A DNA stretch of 64,000 nucleotides. Origin: Geosiphon pyriformis uo1 (taxonomy: Eukaryota; Fungi; Glomeromycota). Shown piece after piece: positions 25,358-38,489 of this stretch. The stretch is from the NCBI GenBank assembly GCA_016748015.1, contig JAAOMT010000222.1, forward strand, positions 127,924 to 191,923, read 5' to 3'. Within the stretch, counting starts at the first letter, position 1, and every line of letters starts with the position of its first letter. Below the pieces are notes generated by a model. The model was given only the letters and a program-made list of their open reading frames with translations, ran no database searches and was not told the DNA's origin. The translations under genes were made by a program, and so were the position numbers.

Positions 25358-28300
25358 ATAGTTTAATTTAGAAAATTGCTACATGCAACATCAGAGAGAT
25401 GAATAATCCTGTAAAGCAGGGTGATATAGTTTGTTGGCATAAGAAAATGAACAATGTGATTTCTATTGTTACTAAGACTAAATTGAAAAATAGGATCTAT
25501 TCATGGATTATAAACAAGTTTGACAGCATCTGTGTTTTCACTTCTGGGGTGGATTCTGGTTATCTGAATTCAGGCGTGGCTATTATTATAAATGTTTTTT
25601 TAGCTCATCATGTGTGCAAGGTTTCTGAAGTGCCTGGTCGGATCCTCTGTGTCAAGTTGCTTTTTAAGAATAAACTTTCTGTATCAATTTTGGGGCTGTA
25701 TGCTGGTGCTTCCTCAGTGGTTCAGTTCTTTCAGACTGGTAACATCAACTTTTTTATCGCAAAGACTATAAACAAGTCCTCTTTTGTCATTCTCAGCAGT
25801 GACTTTAATGAGAATGGTTTTCACAAATGTGCCAGTTTCAAGAAGTGTTTTGATTTGGATATAGTCAACTCTTTGGCTGGGAGTGCTTTTGCTAAGAAAC
25901 CTACATGGTGCAATTCTCATGGGATTGCTAAGACAATTGATTATGTTTTTGTTTTCTCGAATTTGATCAATGCATTGGTGGGTCACAATGTGGCTAGTGT
26001 GGTGGACTATTTTGATACTGATCATGTGGCTGTTTCTGTCTTTATGGGTCTGGATGGTTTGTTGAATGTCCAGCTATTGTTGTTGCACAAGCAAGCAAAT
26101 AAGAATTGTTGGAAATATGACATTAAAAATGCCAATAAGAGAAAGTAGTGCAAGTTTAAGAATGCTACAGCCATTCATGTTGTTGTGCTTTCAAGTGTGT
26201 TTAAGACAACTGAAAGGTCTTTGGATCTGGATGCGATGTGGAATATTGTTCATATGATCATGGGTTCTGCGGCTGATGGGACATTCAAAAAAAAATGGTT
26301 CAAAGGTTATGACAGAGTTTTTACCAAGGTGTTTTCTAAGTTTCATAAACTGAAATTGCTGGTGTCCAAACTGGTGAAGGCCTCTTATTTGGTTTCAAAG
26401 TGATGATTTTATTTTACTGCTGGATACATGAGACAGGTTGGACTTCAGTGGTACAGCTGAAGTGAAATCTTTTTTTTTTTCAGGTTCTACTTTTGATGCT
26501 ATTTGTTCTGGATTGGCGAAAGCATGAAAGCTCTACCATTCTTCCAAGTTATTGGAATCCAAGCATGCTGAAGAATCTTGTGTCAGACAGGCAATTGCCA
26601 GTAGAATAGAAAGTTTTGAATTGGATAAAGATCGTACTATTAGGAGTGTACTGGTGCGGCCTTTTCATAAGATGGTATTGGATCATTTGGTTGTAAATGG
26701 TGAGTTGGTTTTAAAGCCTGATTTAGTTAAGTCTGGAGTAAATAAGATTATGGAGGGTTGGACAAGGAAACACAGGGTGGTGTTTGATGTCTCTGGTGAT
26801 TGAACTTGCCAATATCAGCCTTTGGATTATGTTTTTGATGATGCATTTTCTGGTGTTATGGGTCCAATTGGTTCTGATGAATTGTTTGTGGTGGTCTCTA
26901 ATTTGCCTAATGGCAAAACAGCTGGACTTTCTGGCATCTCTAATGAATTGTGGAAACACTGTAACAGCTCAGTTTTGGCTATGCTTTCTGTGTTCTTGAA
27001 TCTGTGTCTAACTCGTGAGTCTGTACCTAGGCCTTAGAAGGAAGCTTGGGTTTCAATGATTCCTAAGCCATATGAGTGGGAAAGTGTTCTTACAAACACA
27101 CGTCCTATTGCATTGATCAAAACAGCTTGCAAAGTCCTTTCCAAGATCCTTTTGAACAGGATTTCTTCAGCTTGTAGTACTTATGATGTTTTGCATGAAA
27201 ACAATTTTTCTGTATTGAGGGGTATGTTAACGCAATCGTCTATTTTTGCCATCAGTTCTGTAATTAAGGATGCATTGGAAAAAAACCATGAACTGTGGCT
27301 GGTTTTGCAAAACATGCATAAGGCTTATGACTCTGTTGGTTGGGAACATCTCAGAAGGAGTTTAGTTAGAATCAAAATGTATGACAGGTTTATTAGGTTT
27401 TTTGGTGATATTTACAATGATTGAGTTAACAGGGTAATGACAGATTTTGGCTTAACTGATAGATATTGTGTTTATGATGGCTTAGACTAGAGAGAAGTGT
27501 TCTCGCCTCTTCTTTGGTGCATATTCTATGATTCACTTCTGTGTGAAGTCAAAAGACAAGAGAGTATGTGTAGTTACAGACTGAATTCTTATTTTGTTTT
27601 CAAGTTGAACTGGGTGGAATCTCAGATAGGGTTGATATTATTTTTTGCTGCTGGTGCTTATATCGATAATACAATTTGGGTTGGTAGTAGTCAGGCTGCT
27701 ATACAGCATATCCTCAATATTGCTAGTGAATTCTTTAGGTTTAATGATATTTCTATAAATAATAACAAAACTGTGACTATTTTCATCAACTGCTAGGTTT
27801 CTGACCCTTATCTGACTGTCAGTGGTTTGCCTATTTTTGTTACTAAAAAAAAGGAGTCTTATCATTATTTGGGCATTTTTTTGTCTTTTGAGAGTCTATC
27901 AAAGCCTAACATGGCTAAGACACACTCAGATATTTGGTTTTTTGTCAATCTTGTTCTAAAGAAGGTGATTTCAGATAAGCAGTTTGCATACTTGGTGTCA
28001 GCAGTTTTTTTTCTTATTGTTAGTTACAGGACCCAGTTCAGTTTTGTTCCTATTAGTGTTTGTAATAAATGGGATGCTATAATTTGCAGGGGCTTAAAGT
28101 TCAAGTCTGGTCTCCTATGTGATTTCCTTACTGATGCAATCTATTATCCCTCCTTGTACGGTTTAAAGACTTTTGAACAGATCTAGGCTGAGAGCAAATC
28201 AGCTTTCATTGTTCTTTTTGCGAATTCACTGGGCATTTTGGGTCGATTATTTTCTCATAGGTTTTATGATCTTCAGGTTCTTAGCTGGTGTTCTCGTCAT

Positions 28301-30037
28301 CCTTTGCAGTTTTCAGCTTGTATCAGAGTCAACCCCTCTGATAATTTTTTGGCTGGTATGGTCTGCATTTTTTCTGAATGTGGTTTGTCCTTAGACAGCT
28401 CTCTGACAAGTGTGTTTTATTATCAGAGTGGTACTCCTATGTCTTTTGTTCTTGGAAAACCTGGTTATTTTAAGTGTGTTTCCTCTCTTCGGCGGTATGA
28501 GGTTGCCTTTGTAGACCAGCTACATGACAAGCATGGTAATGTTTTTGGTTGGCTGACCTTCAAGCAGTGGAAGCAACTGGACCCTCATGGCCCTGTTCTT
28601 ATCTGGTTTGAGCTTTCGGTGCACTTTCTTGGTGGTGTGAACTCTCTTTCTGTTTGTTCTCTGCCTTTGGATGTCTCTTCCGATGTCCTTTGGTCTTGTG
28701 ATTTTGATGTTATTGGTGTCAATTTGTTGCATATTAATGTTGCTTGTCTTTCTGTATATATGGATGGATTGCTGAGTGGTTTGGGAACTCCTGGTATAAT
28801 GGCTGGTACTGCTGTTTTTTTTAAGAACATTGATTTGGGCCTGGGTGTTGGGGTTTCTAGTTTGGTTTCTTCTACAATAATGGAATTGCAGGCCATTGTG
28901 CTGGCTCTTGAGTGTATTCCTTTTTCCTGTTCTGTTGACTTGTTTTCAGACAGCCAGGCTGCTCTGGATGCATGCAAATTAGAGTCTGTGTTGGCTTGTC
29001 CGGATTTCAGGAATTGGTGCTAGGTCAAGCATTGCCATATTGTTAATGTTATTTGTCACAAAAATTTGGATGTGAATTGGATTAAAGTTAAAGGTCATTC
29101 TGGTGTCTTTGGCAATGAGTGTGCTGATGCTTTAGCCAGGGCTGCTGCTCTCTCTGATAGGTGCCTACCTCACATGATCAATGAGAGATTTCTTCAAGCT
29201 GATGGCGCAGTTGTCTCTGGTAACTCTCGGCATTTTGTTCATAATATCTTCCAATCTATTCACCATTTGTATTAGGAGGTTGGTTCTGGTTTCCATGTTC
29301 TGACAGATAGTCTGCGTGCTAATATTAATTGGTCCAGATTTTCTTTGGTGTGGCATTCTGATTCTCACTTGGCTGCTGGCTTTACCAGTGCATGCACTGT
29401 TGGCTTCTATTCATACTTTATGAAGGCATTGTATTACTGTCTTCTTGTTGTGATACATAAGCACCTATATAATAAGTGTTATTCTAGTGTGGTGTGTTTG
29501 TTCTGTGAGGATGTCGAAGTCTCGGACCATGTTTTTTCTTGCCCTTTTGATGCTGCTAATCATGACCGTTTGATGAAAGCTTATGTGTTAGTATGGAAGT
29601 TACACTTGGGTTTATTTCACTCTTTTTCTTGTATATCGCAGTTGTTGTATGCTTGTGTTTCAGATGTGGTTCTTGGTACTGCTTTGTGTAAAGACTTTGT
29701 TTTCAATAATTGGTATCATGAATCTGCTTCTGTTTTTAAGAACCTTAAGATTGCAGCTCAGAATATTGTGTTCTTTGTGCGTGAATTCTGTCTTGCTTTC
29801 TGGAATAATATTTGGCTAGTACGTGCCAAATACCAGACTGTTATAGAAAAAAATGGCTTGATCCTACCAGATGGTTCTATTCCTGTCTTGGTTTCTGGTC
29901 TTCTAGTGGTGTTATTGGCTGGTGTGGTTAGGTTATTAGGTATTGCTGATGCACTTGGTGTTAGTTTTGGGTTTTGTAAATCTTGTCTGTTTTTCTCAGG
30001 TATTGGGGACATAATCTCTGTTCATATAGGTGCCTAG
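25354..30037 (+). pseudogene. LINE copy 2 ORF2 (APE-RT-RNase H-Zn knuckle), many nonsense codons
   Basis: Collinear fragments with SDFN, IDYVF, TDH, RPIALI, HKAYD, YIDN, VYMDG, KVKGHSGVFGNECAD, CLFCEDVEVSDHVFSC. Confidence 0.92.
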
Positions 30038-30518
30038 TGTAGTCTTGATTGGCCTAAGTGGCTGGTCATGTGTAGCAAATACATGATTTGCATCTAGTTT
30101 AGATCATAAATGTAATGTATAGTACTAGGCTGCATTTGGACTTCACTCATTAAATGATTTTTTAAAAAAAAAAGGAATAGTCCATATTGTCAACAAATGA
30201 TAATACATTAGTATAATTTTATGTCTTATGTTAGTACTCTTAAAATTTAATATTAGGTATTAGATGTACTTTTTAATTATATTTTATTTAATAATCTTTA
30301 AATATTATAATTATATAAGTCAGAAAAAGGATAAATAAATACCAACAAGTAATTTTTTATCTTAATATGTTCAGATATTTGAAGATAAGAAAAGAAAAAT
30401 TAACAAGAAGAAAAAAATTGAGATGAAATTGTTATTTTATTTCTTTGTTTTTTTTTGATTTTTACATGTTTTTTTACAACTAAGAGATCTATTACTTATA
30501 TAGCTATTGAAAATTATC

Positions 30519-30584
30519 AATGACCAAATTAATAATCAAGTCAATGATCAGGTTATTAATTAGGTTATTAATCAGGTTAATGAT
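30519..30584. repeat. 12-bp tandem repeat, 5.5 units, consensus AATGATCAGGTT
   Basis: aatgaccaaatt aataatcaagtc aatgatcaggtt attaattaggtt attaatcaggtt aatgat. Confidence 0.8.
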
Positions 30585-33500
30585 TACTATCTAAAAATAG
30601 AATGGCTAATTATATGATATTAGTAGCTAATACATGTGATAATTAATAAATATATAATTTTCAATCATAACAATATTTTAAACATTATTAGTTATTGTAA
30701 AACATGACATATTTTTTATAAAATTAGATGTTTATTTGTTTTAATTATTGTATTTAAGTTTTTTTTGAAAGATAAACATAATTAAAAGTTAGATAATAGA
30801 ATTTGATTTTATTTTTATAATTAAATCTTATTAATTTTTAACTATATTTAATATATTTAGCTTTTTTATTTAGCAAACATTTTCTTATTGTTTTTTTATT
30901 AATTAAAACTATTATTAATTTATAGATTATATGAATAATAATAAAGTTTATTAAAGATACTATTGTAGATTATTGTAAATAGTATTCTTTTTTTTACTTT
31001 TTTAGAAATAAAAAAAACATATTGGCAGATTTAATTACAAATTTTGTTTTTTATAACAATATTAATCCAGTTGTATTCTTTTAATAATAATTTTTTTATA
31101 TGTAAAACAAGATATATTGTCCTATTTTTTACTTTATTTAAGACTGTTAAATCATTTTTTATAACAGAATTTACAATTATAATATGTTTAAGTTTCATAT
31201 TTTTTTTAAATAATATATAATGTTATTCAATATTACTTATAGAAATTAAAAATTATAATAATAGATAAAATAACCAATTAGAAATAGGTATAATAAAAAA
31301 CGGAATTGCAGAATTTCTTTCAAAAGAATTGAAAAATTTCAAAAAATCTTGTATAACATAAATTATATATATATAGCAAGAGTATTAGAAACAGAAAAAG
31401 TATTTAATAGAATTTAATAAAGTTTAGAACAACAATATCTCTTCCTTTAAAAAATAGTTTTCTATAACTTAAAGTGAAATTATATTAGTATTAATAAAAT
31501 ATTTAATTAATATCTAATTCATGTTATTATCTCTTAATTAAAAATATTAATCACCTTCTTAACTATTAACATTCTATGTTAATAGAATCCAATACTTAAC
31601 TACATTAAACCAATAGCTCTTAATTAAAACTATTAACAGTATACTAATTTTTTATTTCATTTTTTTTATTTTATTTTATTTTATTTTTTTGTTGTTTATT
31701 AATTGATTAAAGAAATTAAGTACTAAATAATTAATGTTAAAAATAGTCTGATAAAAAACCCAGAAACAAGAATAAAAGACTTAAAAATAGCTTATCAAAA
31801 AGACATAACTATTAGAATAAACTGGTCACCATGCTAAAAAAAGAAATTCACAGAAGAAACCATTAATTAAATTTTTGTTCATTATACAAAAAATTTAATT
31901 AAAATCTTTAAACTTCAAAATCTTTAGAAATTACCAATATTTTCAGCTATTAAGCACTAAGTTACGAGTTTGTTATTTGTTTTAACACTCCAAATAATCA
32001 TTTATAATACTGAATAGAAAAACAAATTCAAAAGATATTGAAAAAAACATGATTAAAAACAAAATAACTTAAAAAAATATGATAATACAAAATAATACAA
32101 AATAACACATAATAACTTAAGATTAAGATAACCAATTATAGTGTAAAAGAACAAAGCAACAACAGAAATAGCAAACAATAGCTAGTGATAGCAAGCAATC
32201 AAAAGCAATTTTGTAAAATTAAAGATATGTATAAAAATAAGTAATTTTAGCAAAAAAAAAAGACAAACAGACAAACAGACAAACAAACAAACAAGATAGA
32301 AAAACAAAATATATTCTTCTATTTATATTTTTTATATCTATTTTACTTATATATCTATATTATTTTAAATAAAAAAAATATTTAAAACTCAAAAATTTTT
32401 TATATATAATCATAAATTTTATGTTTAAACTGGATTAATTATTTTCTTATCTTTGTTTTTAATCAGATGTTCTTAACATAAAACTGCCTTAAATAATAAT
32501 AACTTGGACCAATCACTCTTGATTATAATAATTAACAATACTAATTTTTTATTTATTTATTTATTTATTTTTTTTGTAGAGTAATAACATTGTAAAATTA
32601 ACTGTTTAAAAATAGACTTTGTAATAGTTTGGTAAAAAAAAAAGCTTTCTTTAAAATTGAATATTAATATTATTTTGTTAGTTTATCAAAAAAACAAAAA
32701 AACACCACAAAACTCTAGTAATTGCATTTAACTAACTCAAAAAAAATAACTTATATATTTAAGTTACAAACAGCCAAAACACTTTTCTGTACCTTATAAC
32801 CAAAGAACTCTATAGATAAAATTAGCAAAAAAACCTTTAAAGACTAATATTGCTGACTTATTTTAAGTATCTAAAATAGAAATTTTCAAGCTTTTTTAAT
32901 CTAAATTTAGAGCACCAAATATTACCATAATATCTTACTAAGTTTATTCATAATATTTAGTGCTTCCTATAAGATTATAAAATTCACAAAGACAAAACCA
33001 TTCCAAAAATTCACAAAAGTAGTAATTATTAAAACTATAGAAAAAAATTACTTACCATATAGAAAAGTATTATTTTAATACTTTAAAAAAAACTTAAGAA
33101 TATTACTAGAAACTATTACTACAAAGAGTGATTTTTATTACTATGTATATGTTAAAGTTAACTACTTATTAAGCTAAACAACAAATACAAAAAACTTAGA
33201 AAACAAATTTATTAAAAATTATTAATATATTCAACTTAAATTATCATCCAAACAATAGCCAAAACTTTTTTAATAATTAATCAAAAAATCCAGAAATATA
33301 TTAGCAAACAGTACTCTTAAGTAAAAGAAAAACAAACATCAAGACTTAACTTTAAAAATCCAAGTCTAAATCTGAAAATATACAAACTACACAAAAAAAG
33401 TTTAACTTATGATTAACAAAAAATTAAGATTTCTCTTACCAACTATTTTCTCATATTACCAAATACTAAAAAGTAGAATTCTACTCAATCAACTCACCAA

Positions 33501-36500
33501 AACACAATTAAAAACTCCAAGAACTTTCAAAACTCTGTATTTTTGGAACTATAACCAAAATTTCTGGACCAAATTTTTAAGAAAATATGAATTATTGTTT
33601 AAAAATCTTATCCCAGCAGCCAGTAAATTTAGTAAAAGCACTTTTTTTTGGACATAACTGTTAGCATTATCTCTTAATAAATCAACCACTATATTTTCAG
33701 ATAAAACAGCTATTCTACAATCTATTAGCTATACTAACAAAAAAAAACAATCAGTCATAAATTTAACAAAACAATCAAAATTATTTTTGTTAATATTTTT
33801 TTTATTAACAATTAAACCAACTTTTATTATTCAGATATGGTTTACAAAGACATTGTTAAACTAGAAAAATTTTTTGATAAAGAAAAAAATGCATATATTT
33901 AGATTGTAAAAGCCAAAAAAACAATTAGAGCCAATAATTAGGATAAGACCAAAACAATTCAAGCCTTATAATTTTTCTTAACAAGAACCACAAACTTATA
34001 ATACCAAAGTTTCAAAAAAAACCAACTGACTTTACTGCTTTCAAACTCGTTTTTTTACAGTATTTTTTCAATCTTAATTTGTTTATTAAGCTATAAAATC
34101 AGTTTAATATAATAAAACAGAAAGATTATAAAACAGTAACCACTTATTTTAGACAATTTAATCAAATTTTTCACCAAATTTAGGCAATTAAAAGAGACTG
34201 CTATACATTAAAACAAACTTTTAAACAATTTATTAAAGAACTAAAAAATAATATATTTTGATTCATTAGATTTTACTATCTTAGTAGCTTATAAAAGACT
34301 GTAATACTTGTTTATAACTTTAAATTAATAAAGCAAGAAACCAATTATATTCAAGTTGTTAACTTAGTCATAAACTAAACATTAAATATTAATGTTAAGC
34401 TTACCTAATTAAGTAAAAAATTGACTCAGAAAATTGAAAGATTCTTAACAAAAAACTCTAAAACTTATCAATTATTACAATATAGAAATAATTTCAACAA
34501 TTATTAATAATAGAATTAATAACAGCAACAATAACCTAAAAATTAGATCTTTGTAATTGTTATTATTGTCAAAAATCTGAATATATTATAAAAGATTGCA
34601 GAAAAAAACTAATTAATTAAAATTAAGAAAATCAATATTACTACAATTAAAATATCTCTAAACCATAAGATTTCAATATTCTTTGTTATCACATTTATAA
34701 CTATAATATTCACTTCAACAAATTTCAACTTATTATTAGTCTTTACAAGCAATAACACTAATATTATCCTAATATCAAATACTAATATATAACAATCTTA
34801 AATTTCAAGCCATTAACTATAATTTGAAATAATAAAACACTAGTGAAAATTAGACACAACCTATTAGTAGATTATTTAGACTAGTAAATTGTAGCAACAT
34901 ATTACTCTAAATAGCACAAACCAGATATCCAAACTAGATCTTATATTTTGGTTTTATAAAGATCTTGAATTTTGGTAATGCTATATCTTTGAAAGAAAAA
35001 AATGTAGCTGCAATTATCAATTTTTTTTTTCAAAACACCAAATTTTTAAAACAATTCTCCCTGTTATAGTTACTAAAAATAATACACTAACTGCTATATT
35101 TCTATTTAATATTAACAATTTGAACACCACTAATCTTTTTAGCAAAGCTGCTATTAATTAAGATAAACTAATTATAATAATGTATACTAATACCAAAGTA
35201 AGACAGTTAGACATCAAATTAATATTTGACAGTAAATTTACAGACAGCATAATTATAAAACAACTTATAAATTAATTAGGTTACCAAAATAGATTGTACA
35301 GTCACTGCTAGAATAATTATTGTGAATAGAAATACCAAAACACTATTAAGAAAAATTAACAACTTTCCTTTCAAAATCTACAGTATTAACATTTCAACTA
35401 AAGTATTCATTATAAAAGCCACTTAGTATAAGCCCTTATAAAAAATAATTAATTAACTAAAGTCCATATTATGCTTAATTAGAACACTCAAGAACTCTAA
35501 ATTATCTTTAACAGACAACATGTCAAAGTATCTGTCATATGTAAATATTTTAGAACAGTGGCCCTAGAACAATTTCTAATTGAATTCAAAAAATCTACTT
35601 TTCAGTCAACTTTGAAAATCTATTAAGTTTCTTGGGCTGACAATTTTAAGACAGAGCTACTACTACCTTTTATGTGAAAAAAAAAGAGTAAAAAAAGAGC
35701 TGACAAAAAACTTTAAGCATTACTATCAATCTATTTAATCTTAAATCAAAGAAATCAACTATATTAATTCTCGAAATTAATTTGTGTTGATTGTAAAAAG
35801 AAGTTATTCTCAATAAGTGTCTATGTTGAAAACAATAAAATATGGCCAACTGTTACCAAATACTATTACCAACTCTGTGTATTAGAATAATTTAAATGAC
35901 CAAAATGACAAAACAAATAAGACAATACACTATGTTTTATATATAACAAAATATTACCAAATAAAAGACTATAAAATAATGTTTCTAACAAAAATAAAAT
36001 ATGTAATAAATTCTGCCAGTACACTATTCTAATCAATAATTGGGCCCAAAAAAAATCTTTTTTACTGTTGTCTATAGTCAAATAATAAATTGACTGAATT
36101 CATATTTCTATAATAAAGAAAAAATTTGGAAAATAGCCATAGCAAAATAAAAAAATGCCATTACTAATAAAATATACATCATAAAAAATGTCTTAGTAAC
36201 CATTGAAGAGATAAATAATCTATTTACTAATGATTCTAAAACATTTCAAGACTAATACCAAGAACTTGTCTCTATTTAAAAAGAATAAAAACAAAGATTA
36301 GCTAATATCTACACAAAATTGTGGGATTATTGTTTGATTTTTTATCACTTCTAGTATTATAATAAGTATAATCTCTTATTTAATCTATTTTTACAAACAC
36401 TATATTTCATTTTTAAAATAACAAAATCCAAGAAAATATACAAGTTTGCAGTTAAGGACATATTATTTTAAGAGCCAAATAAGACTACTAAATTAGAATA

Positions 36501-36570
36501 ATATCTTGTCTATTCCAATTTTTTTAAAAAGTTAGAATTAAAATAGTATAATAATAAAAAAATAAATATA

Positions 36571-36957
36571 TGCTCTGAAAAAACACATAAAAATGATGTT
36601 AAATTTGATTTAAGATACTTCAAATAATTTTTTATAGTTATAATACTCTATTTTTTTGTAAAAATAGATTTCAAAATAGCTTTAAAAATTTCTATTAGTA
36701 CTATGGTCCAAATTGCATTTCAATTTAATCTTACAAAAAAAGAAATTGACATAAAAGAAGAAATTATTAATGCAGAATATACAAGAAACATTATTGTAAT
36801 ACTATAGAACAATTCCAATAAATCTTATATAATTGAATCACAAAAAAAGATTGTCCAAGCTATTTTTCTGTCTTTTATAAAAATACTGTAATTAACTCTA
36901 GTTATTATACAAAAAAAATTAGGCTTTACTGCTTGAGAAATTAAAAAGTTTGTCTTA
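36571..36957 (+). pseudogene. dUTPase domain of Gypsy pol (trimeric type), decayed
   Basis: One frame reads CSEKTHKNDVKFDLRY...VQIAFQFNLTKKEIDIKEEIINAEYTRNIIVIL...KKIVQAIF...TA*EIKKF. Reverting mostly G>A/C>T gives motifs I-V in correct order and spacing: AGFDL, xRSS, GGIIDAGYTG, KIAQ, RGxxGF. Confidence 0.8.
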
Positions 36958-38489
36958 AATAGAAAAAAAAATATACTAGTTAATTTTGTAAAAAATAACA
37001 GTAACAAGATAGAATTTATCTATACTAACACTATTATTTTTATTTTTCTATATTAACAATACATTCTAAAAGTAAATCAAAAAATTTAGAATCAAGCTTT
37101 TTTATTTAAAGTTGATCCAAAAATCTGTTCTCTAACCAATATTGTTAACCTATATATATTTTTCAAAGCTTACAAATACTTTAAAATTTTTATTCACAAT
37201 TCTACTGAAAAGATTATTAAGATTTTTAAAGAAATTTTTTTTGGCTTTATTTTTCTGAATACTCAGAATTCTAAGAAACTTTAACCTATTACAAATTTTG
37301 CACAATTGTTTTTATTTTGTGATATTACTTCACAAATATAGAATCTGCCAACAAAAAACTACTCGTTTACACTGGAAAAGATCATTAAATTAAATCTGGG
37401 AAACTTAAATACACTATAACAAATGTAATTTAAGATTCTCTTAAACCAATATGTTAATATATTTGCCAGTAAAAACAAATTTAAATGCATTAATATTATA
37501 AAACATCAAATTAATACAGAAAATACCAGATTTATTAAACAATGAATCTATTAAATAACTTCAGCAGATAATAATCTGATTAAACAAAAAGTATAATAAA
37601 TGCTAAATAATAGATTAATTAAAGAATTATTAAGTTTTTAGTCCTTTTTAGTAATATTGATTACCAAAAAAATGAGAAAATACAGTTTTGTATAGACTAC
37701 TAAAAGCTTAATAATATTACTTAAAAAGATAGCTATTCAATCTTTCTTATTCATTCTTATTCAAAAAATTCTGGATAATCTAAAAAATAAGAAATAGTTT
37801 TCATTATTAAACTTAGCCAATAGATATTAACAAGTTAAAATAAACTTCAAAAACCAAAAAAAAATGACATTTACTATGTAAGACAGAAATTTTGAATTCA
37901 ATGTAATGCTTTTTGGACTTTACAATACTCCAGTCATCTTACAACATCTTATAAATATTATGTATAAAATTTTTTTTTGGAAATTAATAATAGTATACTT
38001 AAACAATATCAATGTATTTTTGAAATATTTGATGACTATTTGTTTTACTTTTAACAAGTTTTTGATTGTTTCTAAAGTGCTAAATTAAAACTTAATTCAG
38101 ACAAATGTTTCTTTAAGAAAACTAAACTAAAGTTTTAATTGAACCAAATTAAATTAATTTTTCAAAGTATATTCAATTTAAGTTTGACATTAAACTTTTT
38201 TAACAAGTCTAAGTTCAGTTCAAATTTGGTTTAAAGTTTACAAATTTGTTCAAGTTTGATAGAATTAAAAAAAATATAACTTGTACTATTTGTTTATAAA
38301 TTATTATTTTGTTTAATTACTATAATTAATTAAAAATATATATAAAACTATATATATATAACAATTTTACTTTCCAACTTATCAAAATAAATTTATTATT
38401 AGCATTATTTAATGTTACCAAAAATTCAAAATCCAAAATAACAGAATTTAATAACCAAATAATCCAAATATTAATATATTTAGTAAACA

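Larger units (their letters stand above)
23270..30170 (+). mobile_element. Full-length LINE, copy 2
   Basis: TSD AAAGGAATA at 23261-23269 and 30171-30179; A7 tract, then CTTTCTCTTG start at 23277; ORF1, ORF2, conserved 3'UTR 30038-30155, A-tail. Confidence 0.95.

Noticed and set aside
11329-30037. Recurrent in-frame stops as evidence of an alternative genetic code or programmed readthrough
   Set aside because: Stops fall at different positions in each copy and are single transitions from TGG, CAR or CGA. The host gene uses the standard code.
30519-30584. Short repeat array as a CRISPR
   Set aside because: Head-to-tail 12-mers with no spacers, no cas genes, and a eukaryotic context.
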